Assembly: GCF_006345805.1 (NCBI RefSeq)
Contig: NC_043002.1
Location: 94,426,001 to 94,490,000, forward strand
DNA length: 64,000 bases
Direction of reading: 5' to 3'
DNA from: Octopus sinensis
Lineage: Eukaryota
The notes below the pieces were generated by a model. It saw only the letters and a program-made list of their open reading frames with translations. It searched no databases and had not been told where the DNA came from. This document shows positions 1 through 11,764 of the stretch, piece by piece. Within the stretch, counting starts at the first letter, position 1. The number at the start of each line of letters is the position of its first letter. A program made the translations under genes and the position numbers.

Positions 1-530
1 AGTACGCAACTGGTACTTAATTTATCGATCCCGAAAAGTTGAAAGGCAAAGTCGATCTCGGCGACTGTTTTTAACTTCGTTAGTTATATCGGCAACTGGT
101 ATAGATCTTTCGGATGAAATTTAAATTCAGAAGAGAATTCAGAGCATAGCATAACTTCTAATTCTGTTCTCTAAATATCTGGGAATAACTCAGAGTTTCA
201 TAGATCTGGACTGAAAAGTACAAGTAACTAAGTTAAGATACTGGTCGTAGGATCAAACGTTCGTAACTCCTCGCTGGCTATGCACTTTGCCGGAAAAGAA
301 ACTCTCAGTAGCTACAACCAACGAATGAGACTCGACATATTGAACAATAAATAGAAACCAATCTCGCTCATGTCACAACCAACTGTTTTCATAAGGAACA
401 CATTGGATAATGTAGCACTTGGTTCTGGGCGAGATGTTTATGCTTGAAACGTTTTTGATTATAAGTCTAGTCGATCAGGGACTACCATACGCTAAACAAC
501 GTTGTCAGTAGCCATATAGATATGAGTGTG

Positions 531-912
531 GAAGCACTCCGTCGGTTACGACGACGAGGGTTCCGGTTGATCCGAATCAACGGAACTGCCTGCTCGTGAA
601 ATTAACGTGCAAGTGGCTGAGCACTCCACAGACACGTGTACCCTTAACGTAGTTCTGGGGATATTCAGCGTGACACAGAGAATGACAAGGCCGGCCCTTT
701 GAAATACAGGTACAACAGAAACAGGAAGTAAGAGTGAGAGAAAGTTGTGGTGAAAGAGTACAGCAGGGATCACCACCATCCCCTGCCGGAGCCTTGTGGA
801 GCTTTTTAGGTGTTTTCGCTCAATAAACACTCACAACGCCCGGTCTGGGAATCGAAACCGTGATCCTATGACCGCGAGTCCGCTGCCCTAACCACTGGGC
901 CATTGCGCCTCC
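531..912 (-). mobile_element. tRNA-derived SINE, family C
   Basis: Head GGAGGCGCAATGGCCCAGTGGTTAGGGCAGCGGACTCGCGG, B box, tail ..CCCTCGTCGTCGTAACCGACGGAGTG. Confidence 0.8.
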
Positions 913-1222
913 ACCAGATATGAGTAACTACGAACTTTCTGGGGCTAAACAACACTGTCAATAGACTACTACATAGATAGCAACATAGAAAATAGAGCGT
1001 TCTGAGTTACGATCCGGCCGAGGTCAATTATAGCAAGTATCTGAGTCAACTGTTCCCTTTCTATTTATGTCTCTTTCTGTTTCCATTCTCTCTTTCCCTC
1101 ACTCTCTCAGAATGGAGTACTCAGAGCTGTAAAAGGTTCGTGGTAGCCTCCTCTATAAAATGGAAGAGGAGCGAAGTCAGGACTAGCAACCACTTCTCAG
1201 ATGGTTTCTTACCAAACCGTCC

Positions 1223-1256
<34 letters not shown>

Positions 1257-1259
<3 letters not shown>

Positions 1260-1654
1260 TAGCAGTATCGCCCGGCGTTGCTCGGGTTTGTAAGGGAAAT
1301 AACTATATAAGCATTTTTAGAGATGTAAAGTATAATAGCCATCTCAATATGGCTAACTACAAAGGGGGGGGTTACTTTTGCTTTTTACGTTCTGAGATTT
1401 AATAATAAATTTTTAGAGAGTTACTTCCCTTATATATGTCAAAAATGGATTAAAAATGGGAAAAATTGATGGTAAATTTTTTTTAAATCGTAGACTCATC
1501 GTAGACGCGCGCTAATTTCCCAGAAGGGCTCGATATGAATCACGACTATAAGATACCCGCTTTTGGTTAAACTGCACCGATAAATGTGGGAGTAGTTAGG
1601 AATCTAAATCGTAGGAGACAGACAGCACACAACCTTACTTTTATATATAAAGAT
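1257..1654 (+). mobile_element. Non-autonomous Helitron/Helentron (HINE)-like element
   Basis: Starts TACTAGC..CCCGGCGTTGCTCGGG (5' hairpin) after (TA)n and ends ACTTTTATATATAAAGAT, the layout typical of HINE/DINE-like elements. Confidence 0.55.
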
Positions 1655-2153
1655 ATGCACCTCAGGCATATTACTATTTTTTTTTATGCTCCAGAAGGAA
1701 ATTTCTAGTAACAATAGCAGTAACTATAAATAAATAAATATATAAATAAACAAATAATAAAATTAAAATATCACAAAGAAAATTCTATTAGATTAATAGG
1801 AAATAAAGAAAAGGACAACAAACTTTCACAAACTTCACTAATTGGATATCCAATTGTTGATTAAGCAATTAGCGACCATATGCATGCTGTGCAGAATTAT
1901 TGTATAGTAATCGAGAAAATTTCCCCGGTAAATGAACGTTAAAATGTTATTTTAATTACCATACAAAGCAGATATGACAAGCTTGCTGGCAAACAACGAA
2001 AACGACGCTCAAAGTGATTTGTCATTAGCACTAATGCCACGAGAAAAAAATATGAGACGCTTCGCTGAAATGTCTCAAATTGGCAGTGAAATTTCCCTCA
2101 AATCGTATCCTACCATTTAAAACAAATAGGAAGGACACAGGGGGACAACACAA

Positions 2154-2594
2154 GGATCTTTTCTGTTTGAACGGCAGTTTTTAACATAATTTCTAGGTAA
2201 CTAAAAAATTTTAAACTTCGTATACTGGTAGAATGTGTTTATAAAAACATCTTTTTCTCTTGGCTTTATTGACAAAATTCTACAGTTTGTAAGATATTTG
2301 TTGTTTTTGTTCCTTCAATTTCCGAAATTTCAACCAATCAGTGACGTCCATTGAGGTAAAAAACATTCTGTGCCGTATGAATATGTCCCTCGTTTAAGAA
2401 ACAGATTGGGTTTATTTACATTTGTGAAGAAAAAAAGATACCCTTCCCCCACCCCTAACCCTAAATCTAAACCTAACTAACCCTAACCCTAAAAGAGATT
2501 GAAATGCAATAGATCGATTCTAGGGTCATAATTATGGGTGACAATTTCATATGACACCGCTAGAAAAAAACTGCCGTTCAAACCGAAAAGATCC
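2154..2594 (+). mobile_element. Merlin-type MITE copy 1 (about 440 bp, internal CCCTAA repeats)
   Basis: TIRs GGATCTTTTC(G/T)GTTTGAACGGCAGTTTTT; no TSD visible at this copy. Confidence 0.8.
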
Positions 2595-2733
2595 CTCCAA
2601 TTATAGTCGGAAAGGTACGTTGTTTAGCTGACGTTCCAGTTATAGTGGAAAACTTACATAACTAGTTCAATTTCCAGTTATAGACTGCTAGATTCATGTT
2701 TAGTGGATGTTATTGTTTGATATATATTTAAAC

Positions 2734-2871
2734 TAGGGCTCCGCAACCGATTTGCGAGACAATGCTAGGTGTGTCGCAGTGTAATCTTTTATAATTTCAG
2801 TTCAGGTGTGCCGCCGAATTTTGAAAAGAATATGTGTACCGCAAATGAAAAAAAAAGGCGGCGGAGCACTG
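2734..2871. mobile_element. hAT-type MITE (138 bp)
   Basis: Ends TAGGGCTCCGCAACC / GGCGGCGGAGCACTG; near-perfect 8-bp TSD ATTTAAAC / ATCTAAAC. Confidence 0.7.
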
Positions 2872-3244
2872 ATCTAAACATGTGTAGTTGATAGTCTAGT
2901 TACTGACTAATAGATACATTGCTACCAGTTGACCGAATCATAAAGGTATTAGTGATATACGCCTTGTTGATGTTTAAACCTTTTATTTACAAAATCATTA
3001 ATCAATAGCCATCATTATATACACACGTATTTATACGCATGCACGCACACACACTCATGCATGCGCGCACAAACTTGCATATACATTTATGCATAGTCTT
3101 GTGTATAGTGACTGGAAATAAGCGCTGGGATTGTCATGCCTAATCAGGAGCTTTTATCGTAGATAGCCTTGGAGCGATGTACATCTTCCTTCATACACGC
3201 ACTAACACATACACACACTTATACATATTCACATATAGATAGAT

Positions 3245-3301
<57 letters not shown>

Positions 3302-3329
3302 AATATACAAATAATAAATAAATAAATAA

Positions 3330-3392
<63 letters not shown>

Positions 3393-3600
3393 ATATTTGT
3401 GTGCGTATATGTGAATATTCATATATGGAAAGCGAGAGAGAAAGAGAGAAAGGAAGGGGAGAGTATGTGAAATAGAAAGAAAGTAAGAAAGATAGACATA
3501 TAGATTGATATATAAACTGATAGATAGATAGATAGATAGGTAGGTAGGTAGGTAGGTAGGTAGGTAGGTAGGTAGGTAGGTAGATAGATAGATAGATAGA

Positions 3601-4328
3601 TAAGTTTCTTTATTGGCCACACAGGGCTGCACACAGATGGGACAAGTTACAAGGTAGAGCTTTTCTTTTGGGGGATGAAAAAAACAAAAAACAAAAGAAA
3701 CAAAAAAAAATGGGGTGGCGTAGGTTTTCGATCAAGAGGGATCGTAAAAGGGAAGAAAAGAACACAAAAAAAATAATAAATAAAATAAAAAAGAAAAAAA
3801 AAGAAAAGGAAAAGGAACAAAAGAAAAGAGAAATGAAGAAAGAAGAAAAAAGGGGAAAAAAAGGGGAAGAGGAAAAAAAAACGATCAATAGGGATCGTGT
3901 ATCACAATGTTATGATATATGGTGTAAAGGGGAAAGCAAGTACGGTTTATCCGTGGGAAGAAAAGCCTACGAAAAAGACCACGGTAACCTTGATCAATAT
4001 TGTTATATGTTACCACATTTGTTTGCAAGTGGGTAACCCTCTGTTTTCAATTTCTGGGTTCATAGGATTATGCTCAAGGTGGCTTCGTCATTCATACGTG
4101 CCATCCTTGCTACATTCACCCATCTTTTTTTAAAACATTCGCTAGACAAAACTTGCCTCTCTACTCTCACTTTCCTTTTCAAGTGGTACTTGAAGAAGTT
4201 GATGAGAGATTGACCAGAGAGGAAAGTGTTTGTCTCCAATCCTTTCAGACGCGTCCACCAGATACATTCTTTCGCCATAGCCACAAGGATGATGAAAATA
4301 GCTCTTCCTTCCCGTTTGAAGGAAGGAA
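3601..4328 (-). mobile_element. 5'-truncated Tx1/L1-clade LINE (ORF2 C-terminus + 3'UTR) in (TATC)n
   Basis: Minus frame ...AIFIILVAMAKECIWWTRLKG...FFKYHLKRKVRVERQ...FKKRWV...IIL* (stop at 4060) resembles the Tx1 ORF2 end. The 3'UTR ends AATAAAGAAACTTA and runs into (TCTA)n; a GATA array also lies at the 5' junction. Confidence 0.65.
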
Positions 4329-4348
4329 GATAGATAGATAGATAGATG

Positions 4349-4399
<51 letters not shown>

Positions 4400-5289
4400 G
4401 ATAGATAGATAGATAGATAGATGGATGGAAAGATAAGTAGATAAGCAGTTAGATAGATGAATAGAAAAATAGAAAGACAGTTTGACCTTCTATACGGCGC
4501 ATTCCCAGTTATCAACCGCCCAACGAAGATCACATTGGTTTCAACATCTTTCGGACATTACTGCACCTTGCTGGTAAGTTGTGACGATGTGCCTTTTTCT
4601 CTCCGCAATCCACTAATGGAGCCCACAAAGGCGGATGCATCTGTAACCACTCTAGTATTGCAGCAATTCTTTGTTTTACTGATCGCTGGATTTTCTTTTG
4701 ATCATTAGCCTTCGTTAATTATAAAATGAAGCAATTTTTACTTCCGTCTCCAGTTGTTGAATCACTGTTCAGCTGTTCCTCCAAAGTCTGATGCCAGAGA
4801 AGTAGAACATGCTGAAACTAATTAAAACCCACGCCGTCGAATTACAACGGAAAACGATGTACTCTACTACACACTCACCCACGTGCAATACATGATTCCT
4901 TAGCTCTTTGAAGCTAGGCCCTCTTGCTTTCACGTGCCCACTCCGCATAGCATTCCAGACACACACACTCACTCACACATACATAACCGACAAGCACAGA
5001 GTGGTATGTGCGCGCGCATGTGTATATGTGAATGTATACCTATTTCTTTATTACCCACAAGGAGTTAAACATAGAGGGAACAAACAAGGACAGGCATAGG
5101 TATTAAGTCGATTACATCGACCCCAGTGCGTTACTGGTGCTTATTTAATCGACCCCGAAAGGATGAAAGGCAAAGTCGACCTCGGCGGAATTTGAACTCA
5201 GAACGTAGCGACAGACGAAATACTGCTAAGCATTTCGCCCGGCGTGCTAACGATTATGCCAGCTCACCGCCGTGTGAATGTATACCTAC

Positions 5290-5800
5290 ATACAAGATAC
5301 GTGCAATCATAACAGACCTGATATTGTTCTGTGGGACAGGGAACAAAATCATCCACCGCTGTAGAGGTCATCTGTCCAGTAGATGTGAATGTGCAATCAA
5401 AAATTTATGGCAAATTAATGCAGAACTTACAACTATTGTACACTGACTATAAATTCTCACGTGTAACTATCATCATAGGTGCTTTAGGTTATGTACCAAC
5501 AAATTTGCGCAAAAACCTAGAAATATTAGGTTTCACGAGGAAAGGGCAAAAAAAACTGACGCTGTTTCTCCAATCTGTTAGTAGCACAGTGAAGGTTTGT
5601 AAGACAGTCCCAAAAATTCACATGGGAACAGATGCGCACATTTGAGTGTATGCATCAATAGTTCAACCAACACATTAACTCAACCACATATTTACGAACA
5701 CATATTTGGGAACTCTCTTAACTCAAAACGTTTTGTCGTTTTGTTAGCAACCGGCTTGAACTCTCTCAAGAAAATCTTAAATTAAACTCAAAGAAAAATC
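5290..5800 (+). pseudogene. R4-clade LINE 3' fragment (restriction-like endonuclease end + 3'UTR)
   Basis: CNHNRPDIVLWDR...(frameshift) VEVICPVDVN...YGKLMQNLQLLYTDYKF..IIIGALGYVP; the 3' end runs into the (ACAT)n array. Confidence 0.75.
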
Positions 5801-5985
5801 ATACATGCATGCTTGCACACACACACGTATGCATGCAGCAACGCACGCACATACATACATACATACATACATACATACATACATACATGCATGCATACAT
5901 ACATACATACATACATACATACATACATACATACATACATACATACATACATACATACATACATACGTATGTACATACATACATC

Positions 5986-6865
5986 AGCTCTATGAGCAGC
6001 ATTCCTTGTCTGATAATCTCAAATACATGCCCAAAGAAGTCGCACTTACTCTACTGCAACATATCATCAGATGAAAGGATGAACGTATATCAGGAGAGGA
6101 CCATACATGGATATGTTAGTAGAATGCTCCGGGATGATAGCAACGTTGATCACCAAAGCAGTCTATCTTGGACCAGCAACCGGATTACTAACTCCCACTT
6201 TGAAGGGTATGCATTTGCAATCCAGGAACAAGAAATGTTGATGCACAAAAGGGACAGAGATGCAGGAAAAGCAGCAAAATGTAATAACCAATGCAGACTT
6301 TGTGGAGTTAACATCGAAGATTTCACCCACATCATAAGAATTTGTCCGAAAATTTTTTCACAGTATTATCTACCGATGAGACATTATATTGAAACTAGCA
6401 CACTGTATAATGAGATCCATCGAAAGGATAAACCCGAGGCCAAAGAAATAAGAACCTACAGTATGGTAGAAGCCATAGCCATTCATAATAAAATGGAGTG
6501 CTGGTGGAATATCCCAGTGAAGACCTCGATATAATGTAAACATAATAGACCTGACATAGTAATTTGGGATGGAGATGAGAAACTGTGTACAGTTGTGGAA
6601 GTCAGCTGCCCTGCGGATGTTAACATAAAACTAAAGATCAGCGAAAGAGAAAATAATTATGCTGAACTATTCAGGAACCTACAGCTACTCTACCCAGATT
6701 ACAAGTTCAGGTTTATATCTGTAATTATTGGGACACCGGGATATGTAACACACTGCCTAAATACCACTCTTGAGAAATTAGCCTTCTCAAAACCAGGACG
6801 GAGAAAGCTAATTAGAAGACTACAAATCCATGCCATTACTAGAATTATAAAAATCTGTTAAACTT
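5986..6865 (+). pseudogene. R4-clade LINE 3' fragment: CCHC zinc knuckle + PD-(D/E)xK endonuclease
   Basis: EGYAFAIQEQE..CRLCGVNIEDFTHIIRIC..RH..WWNIPVKTSI*CKHNRPDIVIWD..VEVSCPAD..YAELFRNLQLLYPDYKF; internal stop. Confidence 0.85.
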
Positions 6866-6870
6866 CCATA

Positions 6871-7010
6871 ACATTATTTACATTATTTACATTTGTTTGT
6901 TAATACAACGTTTCGGCTGATATACCCAGCAGCCTTCATCAGGTGTCTTGGGGAAATTTCGAACCTGGGTTCTCATTCCAAGGTATTTTTTGATGTTGTT
7001 GTTGTTGTTG

Positions 7011-7071
<61 letters not shown>

Positions 7072-7161
7072 CATTATTATTATTATTCAGGTCACTACCT
7101 CGATCGAACTCGGAATCTTGGGGTTAGTAGCCCGCGATCTTAACCACTACGCTGTATGCCC
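6871..7161 (-). mobile_element. tRNA-headed SINE-like element with internal (AAT)n, 3' hammerhead motif and (TGTAAATAA)n tail, copy A
   Basis: Pol III A/B boxes (AGCGTAGTGG ... GAGTTCGATC), (AAT)n spacer, conserved body GAATGAGAACCCAGGTTCGAAATTTCCCCAAGACAC, HHR core and 9-bp tail. Colinear with copies B and C. Confidence 0.85.
6902..6947 (-). ncRNA. Minimal type-I hammerhead ribozyme motif (copy A)
   Basis: GACAC-CTGATGA-A-GGCTG(ctgggtatat)CAGCC-GAAAC-GTT^GTATT: perfect stem II, one mismatch in stem I. Confidence 0.7.
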
Positions 7162-7226
7162 GTGGCGTAGTGGTTAAGAACGCGGGCTACTAACTTCAAG
7201 ATTCCGAGTTCGATTCCAGGCAGTGA

Positions 7227-7304
<78 letters not shown>

Positions 7305-7462
7305 CAACAACATCGAAAAATACCTTAGGAATGAGAACCCAGGTTCGAAATTTCCCCAAGACACCTGATGAAGGCTAGAGAGTATATTAGTCGAAACGTT
7401 GTGTTAACAACAAACAAGATGAGGACAAATATCCATCAAATGTAAATAATGTAAATAATGTA
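7161..7462 (+). mobile_element. Same HHR-SINE family, copy B (head-to-head with copy A)
   Basis: TGGCGTAGTGG A box, GAGTTCGATTCC B box, (AAT)n, body, HHR at 7360-7405, tail TGTAAATAATGTAAATAATG. Confidence 0.85.
7360..7405 (+). ncRNA. Minimal type-I (Penelope-type, dimer-dependent) hammerhead ribozyme motif
   Basis: GACAC-CTGATGA-A-GGCTA(gagagtatat)TAGTC-GAAAC-GTT^GTGTT: stem I GACAC/GTGTT, 5-bp stem II, palindromic ACGT in place of stem III. Confidence 0.7.
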
Positions 7463-9667
7463 CATCTCTTAAATATAGACCTGAACTTTCCATAAGTTTA
7501 TCATTTAAGTATAAATGGGCATGTCTAGACATGCAACTATATAAATGAGAATACATACATAAAACAAAACTCACTAATCTGCATACACACAAACACACAC
7601 ACACACATACATACATACATACATCATACATACATACATACAAACATACATACATACATGCAAACATACATACATACAAACATACATACATACAAACATA
7701 CATACATACAAACATACATGCATACATAGAAACATACATACATACAAACATACATACATACATACACACATACATACATACATACATATAAACATACATA
7801 CATACATACCCTATTGATGTTGTTGAAATTCCAATGAAGGCGCCTTGGATCTAGGTTAGAAACCGGCTCCTTCTCTATTGGCAAGAAATCTTGAAATAAA
7901 AACTTAATAATGACATACATACATACACACACATACATACACACACACACATACATACATGTATGCATGCATACATACATACATTGTGATTGTCATTGCT
8001 ATTGCAATACGAAAATAAGAAATAAGCACAATTCCAGTTAACCACGCAAGAACAAGAACTGTCTCTGCATCAGTTTACCGCAAAATTTCCGGTTATTCCT
8101 TCACAAGAGATTTGTTCGAGCCGAGGCTACGATAATACAAGATGTAGCTTAGCTTGCTTACTAAGACTGAAACCGAAGACATTTTGTAGCGGAGTGAACT
8201 GCTTAACCACACAACCTAAAGGGTGACAAGGAAAAAAAAAAAAAGACTGAACTCCATTGGGATTATATTGGTTTCAAATTTTGGCACAAGGCCTACGATT
8301 TCGGGGCAGTGGGTAAGTGGATTATATCGATCGAAGTACCCAACTGGTACTTATTTTATCGACCCTGAAAGAATGAAAGGCATAGTCGACCTCGGCGGAA
8401 TTTGAGCTCAGAACACAATGACAGATGAAATGCTGTTAAGTATTTTGCCCGGGGGAGCTAACGATTCTGCTAGCTCGCTACCTAACTGCTATTATACTTT
8501 AGTTTCAAAATTTGGCACAAGGCTAGCAATTTCGGGGAATGGTACGATGATTAAATCGACCCCAGTGCTCAACTTGCACGCATTTTATCGATCCGAAAGA
8601 ATGAAAAGCAAAGTTGTTCTCTGCAGAATTTGAACTCTGAACGTAAAGACGGACGAAATGCTTCTCAGCATTTTGCCCCGGGTGCTAGCGATTCTGTCAA
8701 CTTGCTGCCTTTGTGTGAGATTATATTAATGTGAGATTGATGCTACTGCTATTGTTATTTAAGTTTATATCAGCCTTGAATCAGTAAATCTATGATCAAA
8801 CTAAGTTATGGTTTAGCCCCAGGTCATCCCTGTTTGAGCAATCCTATCGTCAAAGAGTTTTCATTTAACCCTAGGTTAGCACTGATTAAAATGGCCTAAG
8901 ATCAAAGATGTGGTGTTTTCTCCATCCTGTCTTTTTTTTTTTGTCTCGGCAATTATGTAATCTAGGCCTACATTATTCATCATGTTTCCCGCTTTCAAAA
9001 CATAGAAAGATTTCACTGCTATTTTTAGCAGATTCAGCAACCCTGCTTGAGACTCCCACATTCCGAAACCATACATAACATATCTAAACGACAAAAATAA
9101 TCTCTTTCGAAGGAATTGACTCTAATAGATGATTTACCCATAATAAACAGAATCCAGAGAATATTATCAGCGGGAAATTCATATATACATTTTGTTATGT
9201 TATGAATGCATACATCCATTTTTCTATACTAAATATTCAAGAAGCATTTTATATTATATATCTCATTTGATTATACATGTATACAAGTGTCCTTTTTATA
9301 TAATGCATATGGCTGTTTCTGCTATAAAAAGAAAAAAAGTGGCATTCATTATTTTATATTAGATAATATAAATATTATAGATATAATATTAACCGAGTGC
9401 AACCATCCGCATAAGCCTGGGCAAGGTAATGGGAAACCACTCCTGTGTTATCTTTCCAACCATTCCTATGAGAAACCCTGTTCTTTAGTGATCTCACACA
9501 AGTAATTTTAACAATTATAATGATAAGGATACACACACGTGGGCGCGCGCACACACACATACACACACACACCTCGAACCACATTTCAGCTGCATGGCCA
9601 AAACAAATAAAATAAAGAAATATATAATATATATATATATATATATATGGATAGATAAATAGCTAGA

Positions 9668-9712
<45 letters not shown>

Positions 9713-9832
9713 CAACTGACAGATAAAGAGAGAGACAGAGAGACAGAGATAGACGGATACATAAATACAGACGGCACATACATACATACATACATAGGAT
9801 TGGTTTTCATGTATAGTTATGTTTATACACAC

Positions 9833-9885
<53 letters not shown>

Positions 9886-9887
9886 AA

Positions 9888-9928
<41 letters not shown>

Positions 9929-10221
9929 CTCTCAGGCGCGGGAGTAGGTGTATACTAGGTTCAGTCCCTCTGCGTGACACCTTCGGCAAATATCTACTCT
10001 ATATATTTCTTTACTACCCACAAGGGGCTACACATAGAGGGGACAAACAAGGACAGACAAACAGATTAAGTCGATTACATCGACCCCAGTGCGTAACTGG
10101 TATTTAATTTATCGACCCCGAAAGGATGAAAGGCAAAGTCGACCTCGATAGCCTCGGTAGTCGGAGATCGAAGGAGGCTTATTGCATATATATATATATA
10201 TATATATAATATATTCTATAT

Positions 10222-10254
<33 letters not shown>

Positions 10255-10476
10255 TATATCGTATACTGTATATGGGTGAATGTGTGTGGTGTCTGCGCAT
10301 GTTTTTGACTATATTTGTCCCACCCCGTCCACCGATTGACAACTGGGGTTTGTTTATGTACACGTACCTTAGCGTTTTGGCAAAACTGAATGGAATAAGT
10401 ACTAGGCGTAAAAATATAGAAAAAGGCCGCTGTCTAATGATTGGAACAAATAAATGATAAAGACTAAAGAAAGTAC

Positions 10477-10567
10477 GGGCATATGGCGCAGTGGTTAAGA
10501 GCGTGGGCTACTAACCCCAAGATTCCGAGTTCGATTCCAGACAGCGACCTGAATAATAATAATAATG

Positions 10568-10631
<64 letters not shown>

Positions 10632-10805
10632 TGATGATAACAACAACAACAAGAACATCGAAAAATACCTTAGGAATGAGAACCCAGGTTCGAAATTTCC
10701 CCAAGACACCTGATGAAGGCTGGATGGTATATCAGACGAAACGTGTTAACAACAAGGAAGAGGACAAATATCCGTCACAGTAAATAATGTAAATAATGTA
10801 AATAA
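10477..10805 (+). mobile_element. Same HHR-SINE family, copy C (hammerhead degenerate)
   Basis: GGGCATATGGCGCAGTGG head, B box, (AAT)n, same body, CTGATGA-A-GGCTG..CAGAC-GAAAC with a 3-nt loss at the cleavage triplet, same tail. Confidence 0.85.
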
Positions 10806-11220
10806 AGGATAAACAGTTACTGAAGTATCACTCAAATTTAGGTAGAATCTCAAATTATGCTTTTACAATGAAAGATATTTCTTTATTGCCCACAAGGGGT
10901 TAAACATAGAGGGGACAAACAAGGACAGACAAAGGGATAAAGTCGATTACATCTACCCCAGTGAGTAACTGGTACTTAATTTATCGACCCCGAAAGGATG
11001 AAAGGCAAAGTCGACCTCGGTGGAATTTGAACTCAAGAGCTGAGAGTCACTCTGAAGTTTCGTTGGTTTCGCAAAAGTAACAACCGGATAAACTTCGCAG
11101 GCACCGTCAACCTTTTCGTTATTAATAAATGTATGTTTGTATATGTTAGTACATGAATACGTGTCGGTTATCGTAAATTCATTGCAAATAAATTTCATGT
11201 CTATCTATCTATCTATCTAT

Positions 11221-11554
11221 GACCGAGGTTACCGTGCTCTTTTTCGTAGGCTTTTCTTCCCACGGATAAACCTTATCTGCTTCCCTCTTTATACCGTACA
11301 TCATGACACTGTAATACACGATCCCTATTGATCGTTTTTTTTACCTATTCCCCTTTTTTTCCTTTTTTTCCCTTCTTTTTTCTTTTTTCCTTTTTTTTGT
11401 TTCTTTTCCTTTTTTTCTTTTTCCCTTTTACGATCCCTTTTGATCGAAAACCTACGCCACTTTAATTTTGTTTTTTTTTTCATCCCCAAAAAGAAAAGCT
11501 ATACCTTGTGATTTGTTCCATCTGTGTGCAGCCCTGTGTGGCTAATAAAGAAAC

Positions 11555-11557
<3 letters not shown>
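11221..11557 (+). mobile_element. Second copy of the same Tx1-like 3'UTR, also in (TATC)n
   Basis: Colinear with 3601-3990 (GGTTACCGTG..CGTAGGCTTTTCTTCCCACGGATAAACC..CATCTGTGTGCAGCCCTGTGTGG.AATAAAGAAACTTA); (TATC)n on both sides. Confidence 0.75.
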
Positions 11558-11586
<29 letters not shown>

Positions 11587-11588
11587 TC

Positions 11589-11635
<47 letters not shown>

Positions 11636-11733
11636 CACTCTCTCTATATAAATATATATATAGGTTGATAGACATACAGACAAATAGAAAGATAGATAGA
11701 CAGGTAAATAGATGAACAGATAAATAGATAGAT

Positions 11734-11764
<31 letters not shown>

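Noticed and set aside
2450-2495. CCCTAA repeats as a chromosome end or fusion scar
   Set aside because: They are internal to a MITE and recur in the other copies.
3668-4036. 122-aa Lys-rich ORF
   Set aside because: It is the antisense reading of the pyrimidine-rich Tx1-like 3'UTR.
4480-4960. Short ORFs with a VVTDAS motif (retroviral RNase H-like?)
   Set aside because: One short motif with no supporting context.
7161-7230. SINE heads as genuine tRNA genes (also 840-912, 10477-10545, 55266-55345)
   Set aside because: Anticodon and acceptor stems are imperfect and each head is fused to a repeat body, so these are tRNA-derived SINE heads.
9040-9095. Possible exon 2 (tttag|AT ATG TTA TGT...TGC TGA) in phase with the 17595 exon
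   Set aside because: It would add only 16 codons, with no independent support. A similar chance match exists near 4790-4835.
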